In this document: one piece after another, positions 1-11,714 of the stretch
Layout of the letters: each line of letters starts with the position of its first letter
Numbering within the stretch: the stretch's first letter is position 1
NCBI GenBank assembly: GCA_907165135.1
Contig: OU015568.1
Coordinates: 5,642,001 to 5,706,000, forward strand
Direction: 5' to 3'
Origin: Oikopleura dioica
Lineage: Eukaryota > Animalia > Chordata
DNA length: 64,000 nucleotides
The notes under the pieces: generated by a model
The model's database searches: none
What the model was told of the DNA's origin: nothing
The model's input: the letters and a program-made list of their open reading frames with translations, nothing else
Position numbers and translations under genes: made by a program

Positions 1-477
1 CATCAATACAACCTGAAGGTAAAGCTGATTCATCGCTTTATTTATGATTTGTAGCTTTTGCGACAACGAGTTCACGATTTGGTCGGGCGACAGAATAAAA
101 TCAACACGCGAAAATGATTTTTGACAAAATTTGATGAAAATAAATTTGTTATTTTGACGAATTTTAAAACTCTATTCAAGAAAACAAACGAATTCGTATT
201 CGCATAAATCGAGCATAAACACCCTTTCTTCTAAAAATGGAGCTTTTTTTTCAACTTGTATTTTTGCTGAGAAAAAATCAATCAGAAGATTTCACTTCAC
301 TCTATTCTCAAGAGGACTTAACCGTTGATCTTCCAGCTGATTGAACAACTTATTTTCCCGCTTATTCTTCCCATGATTCTTCTGCCGATATAACAATCAG
401 CGCTAAAGACTCAGGTGAATAGGACATAACAACTTTTTCGCCAGAGGATTTCATCTCAACTTCTGAAATCATATAAT

Positions 478-1121
478 ATAATTTCAAAAAAATTTTTGCG
501 GGTCCGGAAATCATAAAAAATCTGAAAGTGCAGTTTTCTTGAGCTCGTCGAGACGAGTCGAATGATGGGTCAAACTTTTGATGACTCCAATGATTAACCG
601 GTTAGCCGGCAATTTCCCGGAAAATACATTTCCGGTCGCCGTTTTTTGTTCTAGAAATGCTAGAATGACAAAAAACGCGGGAAACTGGTCCTTGAAGTTA
701 GTTCTTCTGTGGGTGAAAAAATGAGAATCATATCTCTAACAATAAGATGCTTATCACCAAAATTCTATTTTCTTATGAAAATGGGACCGAAAATTAGGAA
801 GGTGCAGCAACAACGAAATACATACAAAATTTAGAATTTTTATCGTTAACAAAAGTTTCGCTATATATTTGACCAATATCTTTTTGCCCACAGTAGAACT
901 GACCATAAGGATCAGTTTCCGGGTTCATTCATCATCCTAGCATTTCTAGAACAAAAACGGCGAGCGGAAACGTATTTTCCGGTAACAAGCCGGTTAACCG
1001 GTCAATCCTTGGAGTTATCAAGAGTTTGACCCACCATTCGACTCGTCTCAACAAGCTGAAGAAAACTGCACTTTCAGAATTTTTACGATTTTCAGACCCG
1101 CAAAAATTTTTTTGAAATTAT
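478..1121. mobile_element. Foldback/MITE with ~240-bp imperfect terminal inverted repeats
   Basis: ATAATTTCAAAAAAATTTTTGCGGGTC at 478 is the reverse complement of 1095-1121, and the arms keep pairing for ~240 bp. The element is absent from the paralogous position near 13705. Confidence 0.85.
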
Positions 1122-2321
1122 CATATCTTCTACAATATATTCTTCTTCCGAAATGTCAACGATGACATCATTAACAAGAACAACAACTATATCGAGTCGA
1201 TGAACCACCACAAAATAAATTATTTGATTTTTTGAAATGGAGTTTGTTGAGCATTCATAACATTTTATACGAATTTTTTAAACAGTTGAAAAAAACTGGT
1301 GAAATCGTATCAATTTTACACTAAGAGATGCAGTAGTTAATAGGAGATAAAAAAATAATCGGATTCGCTACATCTGTTCCCTGATTTGCAATAATTTGAG
1401 TGGTAACATTTTCTTCGCTTGAGTCTTTTCAAAAGCTCCAGAAAACTAGCTAAACTAAACTAGCTCCAGTAAATTATTAGATGGTTTTCATTTCTTACGC
1501 CGCAGATTTTGGTCATCCCGCCAAGCTTTGTGCAACTTGGAAAGATGGCGATCTGAAAGAAGAAATATATTACCCATCGGCGTTTGGTTTGCGTCCTTTA
1601 AAATGCTTGGAGACCTTGACCTAAAAATTTAATCTTTTCAATCGAAAAGTATGAGCCAGAAGTATAGCCTGGAAATATGAAGATAGAGTTGTCGATAAAT
1701 ATTGCTGATGAACGAAATAAACCCTGAAAAACAAAATTTACGACAATAATTATATTTTCATAAAAGATTCTTTAAAAGATGAGATCGATAACTTATCGAC
1801 GATAAGAGAATAAAAATCAAATATAATAAATTTATAAGTATTAATTTATTAATTAATTAATACTAAATTTTAATCAAATAATTTTTTCGAAAATCAAAAA
1901 TATATTAACCTGCGTAAGAGAGCCGATCAATGACCATTTGCCGTCCATTAATCGCCAAATTTTATCTTTTGAATCCCGACCTCCAATTGTTAAAAGACTA
2001 CCAAAAGGCAATCCAATAGCACAAAAATTTTTAATATCTCTAATATTTTTGAAGACATTTCCTTTTTTTTAGCGCTAACCTTGGATGCCGTTGTAAAAAT
2101 TTCCAACCATCTTTCATCAAAGCCTCGACTGCTCCGTCTGCATCGAATCCTCCTATTGCGGTCGGTCGATTTTTGTAAAGGCCTAATTCCCCGTACCAAT
2201 GAATGCCTCTTGTTTGAAAAGTCTTTTCAACTGAGAATCCATTAAATAATTGGCACTGCCGTTCAGTGGATAATTCAAAACAAATCAAAGCTAGAAATGT
2301 TTAAAAGAGAATATTTTAAAT

Positions 2322-2862
2322 GGGAGACACTGAATTGTGCCGCCCTTCGCCGCATTGCGCCGCCCTGCGCCGCCTAGCCAGGGTGCTCGATTCGTCAGAA
2401 ATTTTTGATTTTGACGGACGAGACTGAACAATTTTGGGCTGGACGGACGAAAAACGGACGAAAACGAGGACGAAAAAAAACTCGTCGAGCTTGTCAAGAC
2501 GAAAACCGAAAAAAACTCGTCCCGCTCGTCCAGCCGAAAAACGAGAAAAAAATTCGTTGAGCTCGTCTAACTGAAATCCAAAATTACTCGTCGCCCGGCA
2601 TCGCCGGATCCGAAGATATTTTGTGTCAACTTAGTTGTTCTGACATATTTATAGTGTCTTAAAATTAAAAAAAGGTTAACCTATAATTAAGGGTGCCAGT
2701 AGAGTTATTCTCAACCAAACTCATATTTCGGCTGAAATCACGATTTAATTGAGTATTAGAGCAGTAGAGAACCCATTGGGTCGTCGGGGCCCAACTCTTG
2801 TCTTGTTCAGAATTGTTTGGGCGGCGCAAGGCGGTGCAGGGCGGCACAATTCAGTACCCCCC
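2322..2862. mobile_element. Non-autonomous TIR element (MITE), 8-bp TSD TTTTAAAT
   Basis: TIRs GGGAGACACTGAATTGTGCCGCCC / GGGCGGCACAATTCAGTACCCCCC. TSD at 2314-2321 and 2863-2870. Empty site in copy B at ~18552. Confidence 0.85.
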
Positions 2863-4209
2863 TTTTAAATTAACACCTTTACTGCCTTTGTCGAAAGTTA
2901 AAGCTGAATGTCCATTCCCTAAAGGGAAAGACAATCTCACAGATAAAATTCTCAATTGGCATCCGTCTAGCCGGACAACCTGAAAGAAAAATATTTGAGA
3001 TGAACACCTTCATAACTTTTCTTGTTACTTGATAGGGATCATAGAATCCACCAAAGATGTGAAGCTGACCATTGACTATTGCGTGCCTCGATTCGTAAAG
3101 ATATTGAGAAATACAGCCGTCGTAAGAAAACGGAAGTGAAAAGGATACGTCGCTTTGAATTGATCCATCTAATGATATTCCGTAAGGCTGTAAATTTCCT
3201 ATATAAGTAGGAAGTATGACATTTATTTTTGAAGTCGATTCGGTTATGTGAAAAAAGTTATTAATTCTAGTTGCACGATCGATCTTGAAGATTCGGATTT
3301 TCTTATTTTTGATAATTTCAAGACCTCTCATTCCGTTTTTCAAGCTAGTTTTATTCATATCCACGCGATTCTTTCAAGTTTGAAGAAATGTTAAAAAGAT
3401 TAAAAATACAATGACCTCGAACTTTTCCTCAAAAACTTCGACGGCAGAATTATAAGTATCTAAAAAAAATCCGAGTTCTGTCAACTCTGAAATATTTGAC
3501 TGCAGCAAAACGCGTTCTTCGAAAAAGTCAGAATCCATCCAAATAGAGCCGTTGCCGTAAATTCCGAAATCGAAAAGAGTCGTTTCATCAAAAAATTGGA
3601 AAGACATTATTTCTATCTCATCGGAAAATTGAAGTTTCATCTCTTCAAAGTCTATTTTCAGCTCAAATTTGTTTTCTCCGGTCAAATCGATTTGAAGTGT
3701 AGAGATATGTTTTAATTCTTCGAGCGCCGCAAAAGATTCATTATTGAATTTATCCGGAACGATGGTTTTGAAGAAAAAACTGGGGATCGGAAATCGAGAC
3801 TGCCTAACTGCGTTTTTCGCAAAAGCTGGAAAGACATCGTCGTGAAAGGCGAAGTAGGGATTGCTTGTTACGTGCATTGTCTTTTTCACTTTTTTTTGTA
3901 CAAATTCGAGGTCTATTTTCTCTTTTGAAGGATTTTTAATCGGTCAAAAAAGTTGTTTTTTTATGTTTAGTAATACTAAATTAGTATCCCTTCCGAAGTT
4001 GAACTCGATCGCAAAAACGAAATCGAAAACGTAGTTTTGAATGAATATTCTTTCGTCATTAACAAATCCATTTCCGAAGTACTCGCACTCATCGTTAATG
4101 AGTCCACCCGTATTCGTATAGAAGGGATCATCAGCCGAAAATAATTGAGAATAGCAAAACGACTTTCCTTCATATTTAACAAGAGAACCCAACCATTCAT
4201 TGCCGAGAG

Positions 4210-5161
4210 CAGGGATGGTAAATTAGCGCACTATTTTCTCTCGAAGAGAAAAAAATTAGCGCACTAATTTTTTTTTTCGAGACATTTTTGCGTCTTTCGC
4301 GTCTTTAGTGCGCTAAAATGACACTAATTTTTCCCCCCGGAAATTTTCGAGTCTTTTCGAGAGCTGATCAGCGCTAAAGACGCGAAAAAAGAGGCTCTTT
4401 TCATCATCCAATGGGCTCTTCCCGGATGACAGTTTCGTGGAAGACGATCGCTGTCCTCAACAGTCTATGAAGGTAAAGCAGCCTTGACTGATATGTTCTA
4501 CTTTCGTGGTCTATGAGCTCTTCTCAGTAGAAGGGAGGTCTCCTCCCAAATTCACGCTTAGTTGATAAGTTATCAACAACAGTTAAACTGCTACTGAAGA
4601 ACTCCTCGCAAAGCAGACTATTGAGGACATCGAAGATTTGAAATTATGAAGAACAAGCTGCGGATAGCCCTTCAAGAAAAAAATTAGGGAGAAGACCTCC
4701 CTAAGAAATCTATTCTAAGGCTAAGAGTCTAAGATTATCATTCAAATCCAGCACAGAAAGAGTGGCAAACAAAAGTTGAATTATATTTTTCCCTATTTAA
4801 TATCGGCTATATTTATTTCTTTATATTTATAAATAAAATTAACAAATGGATCGATAAAGTCTTTTTTGACTTCATATTAGAAATTCACGCCCTCGATTAC
4901 CCTATCCACTTTATTGAAACCAACCTTTTTGAAATTCTAGTTCAAACAAAGTTTGAAATTCTCAAACTTACGTATACTTTAGAATTAAAGAGCCCGCGCT
5001 CATTGGCAGGCCAATCAGCAGCCCTTAATTTCGACAGTTTTCGAGACACACGCGAAAGACACGCGAAAGTCGCTAAAAGTCTCGACAAAATAAATTCGCG
5101 CACTAATTTTAGCGCACTAAAAATTTTCGACAGATTTTAGGACGCGAATTTACCAGCCCTG
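4210..5161. mobile_element. hAT-like non-autonomous element, 8-bp TSD GCCGAGAG, inserted in an exon
   Basis: TIRs CAGGGATGGTAAATT / AATTTACCAGCCCTG. TSD at 4202-4209 and 5162-5169. Copy B is uninterrupted here (~32540). Confidence 0.88.
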
Positions 5162-5846
5162 GCCGAGAGTAAGAAAATTTCCGTCCACCTCTAACAAAAT
5201 CGAGTACAGAGTGTTTGAAAGTGCAAAGCTTCTTGAAACGAGAATCAGCATCAGTCGACCAACATCGATCTTTCGTCGAGTTTCATTTAAAAATTCTTGT
5301 GACCGGGTACCGCCCTTTATCAGTTGTAAAACTCGTTTCAATGGGACCACATGAACTGGGTCCAAATCTCTTATTTCTGCCGGAAGTCCAAAATCGCCCT
5401 TTCTCCAGCCTTTTTCCAATTCTTCGCTCTTTCTTATTCGATTGAGAGCAACTGTCGTTGAAAGCTGGATCCATTTTTCGCCCATCCGGACGCTCATCAG
5501 GAAGAAATGCCCCTTGAAGCTGACGGATGAGGTTTTCGCGTTAAAATGATTGCTTGCAATGTAACGGTTGTAGGTGGTCATGAGGGTACATTTACCCTCG
5601 TTCGCTCAGATTCATGAACAAGGGTACACGTACCCCCGTTCGCTCTTTTCCTCGAACAAGGGTACCGGTACCCCCGTTCGCTTTGTTCCTTGAACAAGGG
5701 TACAAGTACCCCCGTTCGCTTTAATCCCTGAACAAGGGTACAGGTTCATCTTTTCCTTCTTGTTGATCGTCTCTAGAGCTTGTTGTTGTTGATGCTTCGA
5801 TTTAATCATTTTAAAATTACTTCGCTAAAACTCTTAGCCTAAGAGA

Positions 5847-8105
5847 ATGAGTGATTTAAGTAAAATTTCAATTCAAAAACTAAAGAATATGAAGAGAAAA
5901 ATTGATGGAATCCTTACGGTACTTAAAATTATCATTATATTATAAACAATAAATAAAGAATCCCGCTTCAACGCAGCAACAAAACGGCTTCAAAGATGGA
6001 AACGGTGCACCTTCTGTTCTCCAAGCAAATCCACTGCAGGATGATTCCTTATCGGACTCTGAGCTGGATGAAATTCTTAATCAGCGAAGTCCTTCATACA
6101 ATTTTATTCAAGATGAAATTGAATATGAAGATGTTGACGAGGTTTTTATAGAATTCAATTCAAAAATAATTTTTGTATAAGGACTTTCCTATGGCTTGTG
6201 GCGACCAATACGCTCAGGAGTCGAACCAATACGCTCAAGAGTCGAACCAATACGCTCAGGAGTCGAACCAGTACCCTCAGGAGTCGAACCAATATGCTCA
6301 GCAATCGAACCAGAAGCCTTCTTTGGTGTCTGTGGTGGCATCAAGGAAGAATGCCACACATTTGATGATAAATGACGATCGTGTATCTGAATACAAAATT
6401 TCTTATTCTACGAAGAAGAAGTTTATTTTCGAATGCTGCAAATTGACTTCTGAAGGAAAAACTTGTCCGAAGAAATATGATGTTACAATCGATCCTGCTC
6501 TAACTTCTCTTCATACGAAAGAGAGAAAAAATGGAAGAAGTCAGACATATTTGGTGATAAATCAAAATGTCAATAAAAATATTCTCTTCGACAAGTCCTT
6601 CTACAAAGTTGAGGCGACAGAAGCACAACTACAACTATCCCACACATGCTGTGATGCACCAGATCAAGAAAATATGGAGAAAGAAATTATAACGAAGATA
6701 AAAACATATCTTTACGATAACTTTCAAGCCCTCAAATTCTCAAGTCCGAACAGTATTAAGCGACAAGTATTGGAGATTCTATCTGAAGATTATACGTATG
6801 ATGAACTAGTCATGGCTTTTCCCAATCAGCAACAATGGGAGCAACTATATCGTTATTATCGTGAGACTAATGTGCCTGTTCGTGGAGCTCTTGACGATAT
6901 TGAAAATTTCCAATTCAAACCAGAAGATTTTCTTGTCAATTCAAAAACAATTGTCCATCAAGAAGGGCCCGACTTATATTTTTACGATACTGATACGATC
7001 AAAGAATGCTCAGATATTTCTGTAATTCAAGCAGGTATGAGATTCAATCTCATTTACCTCATTTATTCTCTTCATTTACCTTTGGTCTTTCCAAGATTGT
7101 CGACTAGACATCAATATTGTTGGTCCAAGATTGTCGATTCTAAAAAAAACACAATCAAACGGAACTGTTAATCAAAAAACTTATTCAAACGGAACTGTTA
7201 ATCATAATTTTATTCAAGATGGAACGAGCTGGCGTGGATGGGGAATTCATTTTGATCAACTCTGTAATCTGCTAGTTCGAATTAAAACAAAAGATGGTGG
7301 CTACAAGTCTACCCTTCTCTTCAGCTGTCTCCACCGTGGCCGTTATGAAGAAGATTACCGCCGAGTTTTTGGCCATATGGCTTCAGTTTATAAAAAAATA
7401 GTAGGTAAAGATCTTAGTTGTAATTTACTTCTCACGGATTCGGAAAAGGCTCTTAGGAATAGTATTAGGGATAATGTAGGGCATAAGTTTATTAAGAATT
7501 GTTTCTTTCACTTTTCGAAAAACCAGAAAGACAATTTTAAAAAGGGTGGGGTTAGCGTAGAGAATCGTAAGAAAATAGGGGAAATAAGGGATATTTATAG
7601 TTTATGTAGGAATTTAGTGTATGTTAATGAGCATTTTGTTGTAGACTTTATCGGGCATTTAAGGGAATGGAATAGGACTAGGAAATATTTTAGTGTTAAG
7701 AAGGATAATTTAGATATGATAGATAACTTAGATAAGATTTTAGAGAATTTAGAGACTAGGTTTTTAGGTGATAGATCTTTTTTATGTTGGGATGATGTTA
7801 TTTTAGATTATGATGTTTTTTTGGATAAGACTAGTAATGTAGTAGAGAGGTACAATAGAAGGATTAAGACAGCATTAGTAGAAAGTAGGCGAATTAGAAC
7901 ATTAGATAGAGTTAGAGTTATAGCTGAGGAATTTAATATGATCAATTTTGATTTTAGAGTTAGTTTTAGGAGTAAAAGTAGGCCCCCAAATAAGAAATCC
8001 GTGAGAAGCCACGAGAAAGCCCGAGATTTAATTAAACTTTTAAAGCTTAGAAAAAATAAGGATGTTAATTTTGATAGAATTAGAGAACTCATTCTTGATA
8101 TTTAG
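5847..8105 (+). CDS. MULE-family DDE transposase, 4 exons (5847-5918, 5959-6141, 6182-7034, 7219-8105), ~664 aa
   Basis: Three GT-AG introns join the exons in frame. Motifs are A-D-G-T (formed across intron 3), LTDSEKAL, CFFH (CxxH) and TSNVVERYN, giving the D-D-E triad of MULE transposases. Confidence 0.85.
6205..6313 (+). repeat. 21-bp coding tandem repeat (~5x YAQESNQ) in the transposase N-terminus
   Basis: CCAATACGCTCAGGAGTCGAA repeated; visible in ORF 6173-7171. Confidence 0.9.
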
Positions 8106-11100
8106 GATTAGGATTAGGATTAGGTTTAGGTTTATAGACTGAAACTACCAGGCATTAATTCGGCGATAATTTTCTTTTGGTCATTTTTGTTTATTTAAAA
8201 TTTTTGTGCTTCAATTTTTACTGTTCTTTTATTTTCTGTTTTTAAGTTTTATCTTTTGTTTCTGTTTGTTTTAATCACTGTTCGTTTGTTTAAATAAAAA
8301 AATACCTGGTTAAAAAAGAGTGTCGTCGTTGATTCTTCTGCGGTCGTTGTAGTGGTTGTAGCTGTAGTTGAGGAAGTGAGCGTCTCCATTGATTTGTACC
8401 CTTGTTCATTGATAAAAGCGAACGGGGGTACTTGGTACCCTTGTTCAAAGAAAAATGCGAATGAGGGTATTTTGTACCCTTATTCATAAAAACATGCGAA
8501 CGAGGGTACAAATACCCTCATTCGAAAAATAGAGCTAACGAGGGTACAGGTACCCTCATTCATAATCAAAAGCGAACGGGGGTACGGTACCCTCATGACC
8601 GCATACCACCAATGTAACCCTGCGCTTCTTCAAAGCGATTCAAGTTGTAATTGAGGGCGTAATAAAAGCATTTGTCAGTTTTTTTATTTGGGGAGCTTTT
8701 GAGTGATCGAAAATTATGTTCTTTAACTGACTTTTTAAAATCTTGACCTTTTTCAGATGACGACGACGGGAAAGACTTTTTTGCCGTTGTCTTTCAGTCG
8801 AATTTCAATGAAATGGGTTCCAATCGAAGATCCGAAATGAAAGACGAAGAGGCCTCTTAATAAACAAAATAGACCTTGTCCTTTGCATTCAAAAATAATT
8901 ACATGTACTTGCGTTGATTCTGAACATGAATCGGAGCATCGCCGTTTTCTCTTACTCTCATTAAATTTCCGATTGCATCGACCAAGTAATGCTCCCCATT
9001 CACAAAAGTGGCGCCAGTTGACTTTTGCGTTTTGAATGATTTTATTAATCTTTAATTCCAAAATTAAGAAAATTCTTTATCTTAAAGCTTTAAAAAGTTA
9101 TCAGCAAAACCGTTCGTAAGAAAAGAAAAAATCTGTCGGATTAATGTTCTTTTGTTTTATTTGGCGGTTGAAATCGACCAAAACAATCGGTAAGCTTTCT
9201 TTTTCCATTTGTCGATCGGTCCAACGACCAGTTATCTCTTCAATATTCGCTGTCGACAGTGACAAAGTTGACGTTGACATCCGTGATGTTGACGGTGTTG
9301 ATTTAAGCAAAGTTGACGTTTTCGATGTTGACAAAGTCGATGTTGGCGTTGTCGATGTTGCCGTCCATGAGGTTGATATTATTGATGTTTGCGAAGAAGA
9401 ATTTGACGTCCGTGAGGTTGAAGTTGTTGGTGATGACATCGTCGGCCACACACTATCTCCAAGTTTTCGCAAATCAAAAACAGGAATCAATTTTTGCCGC
9501 GACTCAAATTTCTCGCATTCATAAAATGGACAAGGACATCCATTTTTACAGTATTTTTGAGTGGGGCACACGTCGCCAGCGGAATCAGATGACCGAGTAA
9601 GTTCAAAACAAATCGATTCACACGGTGTAATCGGGTTTATCCTTGTTGATCTCAATATAAGAGTTTCTGAGCAAAGATGGCGGCAGATTTTCTGGTCGTT
9701 AAAGCGTTTTTTCTGACAGCGGATTAGGTTCACTTCGTTTTCGTCTTTTGAGAAAACAAGAGGCTCGGGTTTAGGCTGCTCGATTTGGGAAACAGGCTCT
9801 GGAAGAATGAACTCTTCAGTTTCATGACATTGCTTCATCAAATGGCCGCAGTAGTCCATTTCAGCAATTTTGACGCATTTTTTGTAGTTTCGGTGGCACG
9901 TCGAAGTCAGGAAAGTCGTTTTTCCGAGTGACCTTTGAAGCGAGTACCAGTTCGCTGAAAAATGTTTCTATCGCTAACTTACATCAAGTATTACTTATGA
10001 GGATGATAGTAACCCAAAAAACCGAGCCATTAAATAGATAAGATCCGAGCTGAAGATTCGTCGAGAAGCCATGCTTTCCAAGCGTCAATTTTTTATTGAC
10101 TTTTTTCATTCCTCCCATTGCCTTTTTCTTCCATGTCTTATTTTTCTTTGATTTTTTAATATCATATTCTTGAGTATGAATGCTTCTTGTTGTCAGCACT
10201 TCTTGCGGCAACAGAAATACTTCACTCCCTTTTCGTCTTAAAACACCGAAACATTCGCAGTCAAGACACTTGATAAAGTTTCATTAAGTTTTATAACCTC
10301 TGAATTATCGCTTGTTTTGTTTTTCACCTGAATTTTTTGCTGCTCCATCGGATTCGCCTCGGTTTCTATTTCCTCCTCAATAACCCTATTGACTGATCTC
10401 TAAGAAAGGAAAGAGTAAGTGTGAAGAAAGGAGCGATGAGAGAACCTCTCCAATTTACGATAATCGCGGCACGACTGCTTGTCTGACACTTGGACAGCTT
10501 GTCCCCGCTCTTTTACCGGTTCTTACGTCTAACCTTTCCCATCGCTGATTTTTGCTATAAAATTTTGATGACTGTCATTTTAGAACAAGGAGGAAACAAG
10601 GAGGAGACATCACATCATCAAGTCTTTTTTGAGATAAATTTTTCTTTTATTTATTAAAGTTACAATTCAGTATCATCATGGTTTGCAATTTCCGCTCGTT
10701 TTTAAGCTGATTTTTCGATGTCATCAAAAGCTTGATTTTTAGCGGCAGCTTCTTCATTGCCGCCCATTCCTTCTGCCATCTGGCCATCATGGCGAAGCCG
10801 CTTCGCGGCTTTATTCTTGAGAAAGCCGCTACGCGGCTTTTTATAAGAACTCTTTTTGGCTTGAAGTTAAAGGATAGGATTTTCGATCCAATTATAAAAA
10901 TAAGAATTATAGATCAGCGTTGCGAGCAGCGAAAAAAGACAAAGATTTGGAGAGCGGATCGAAAATCGCAAAATCGTTCGAGAGGAACAAATCGAGGCTC
11001 GAAACAAAAAACTCAAAGCTCTGGAAGCTCAACTGGCTCTAGGAAAAGAGAAGCGAGAGGCGATCGAGAACCGAAGAAAGCAGGAAGAAGAGGAGAGGAA

Positions 11101-11714
11101 AAAAGCGACGATGGCGGCGATTCAGTACGCTACTTCCAATCCCAAAAAGCGGCTTCAGAAGGTTTTTGCCGATTTTGAAAATTAGTTTTTGAAGTTTTTT
11201 CCCCTAGAAAGGAGGAAACAAGCAGTTGACGTTGATTTAGCAATGGACCACTCTGAAGCCGACGTCGATTTTGCGTTGAATAACTTTGATGTGGAGGTTG
11301 GTTTAGCGGTGGACGACTTTTATAGTCTTGGGTGGTGTAGCGGTGGACGACGGTGGATGACTTCATAGTCGAGGTTCGTGGTAAGGATGAAGACGATACG
11401 GAAAAGGGTCAAGGATCACAAGGTTTTTGATTGACCAAGACAAAATTTAAATAGCATTTGAGTTTGACTTAGCATCGGACTTGAGCCTGAACCATTTTCA
11501 ATAAGTATTTTTTAGTGAAATCCTGACGCCCCTTCTTTATAAGCTCATTGAAAAGAGCGCTAAAAGTTGTCCCAGATTCGCCCGGAAAAGGATGATTTTT
11601 TTCATCCCTTTATCTATTGCTCGAAAAATAGAAATTTAAAAAAAAGGTTGAAAAGAGATGAAAACTCGATTCCCGCCAAGGACTCGCAGAGACGATGAGA
11701 ATTTACATCGGCTA

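Larger units (their letters stand above)
5566..8610 (+). mobile_element. Mutator-like (MULE) DNA transposon, probably autonomous
   Basis: Termini GGTTGTAGGTGGTCATGAGGGTAC / GTACCCTCATGACCGCATACCACC. TSD (C)AATGTAAC at 5557-5565 and 8610/8611-8618. Subterminal ~32-bp repeats (GAACAAGGGTAC..TACCCCCGTTCGC) occur at both ends in inverted orientation. Empty site in copy B at ~33566. Confidence 0.92.
1321..10543 (-). pseudogene. Copy A of a multi-exon gene: putative N-terminal TM, Cys-rich CP..C..GCPC..Y.C module, Ser/Thr stalk, kelch-like beta-propeller repeats; interrupted by transposons
   Basis: ORF pieces 9984-10211, 9101-9859, 3944-4192, 3374-3889, 2879-3364 and 2040-2288 are collinear with copy B pieces. 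GG-containing blade motifs are present (HIFGG, PTAIGG, TIGG...W). Exons are broken by insertions at 4210-5161 and 5566-8610. The start (MGK, ~10543) and end (YCIS*, 1321) are approximate. Confidence 0.7.

Noticed and set aside
4400-4780. Possible hAT transposase remnant inside the 4210-5161 element
   Set aside because: Only a vague SSSVAV similarity with stops; not supportable without a search.
9144-9524. Val/Asp-rich plus-strand ORF (also 34277-34504)
   Set aside because: Antisense shadow of the Ser/Thr-rich exon on the minus strand.
10900-11430. Coiled-coil exon-like fragments on the plus strand
   Set aside because: No start codon, coherent gene model or recognisable homology.
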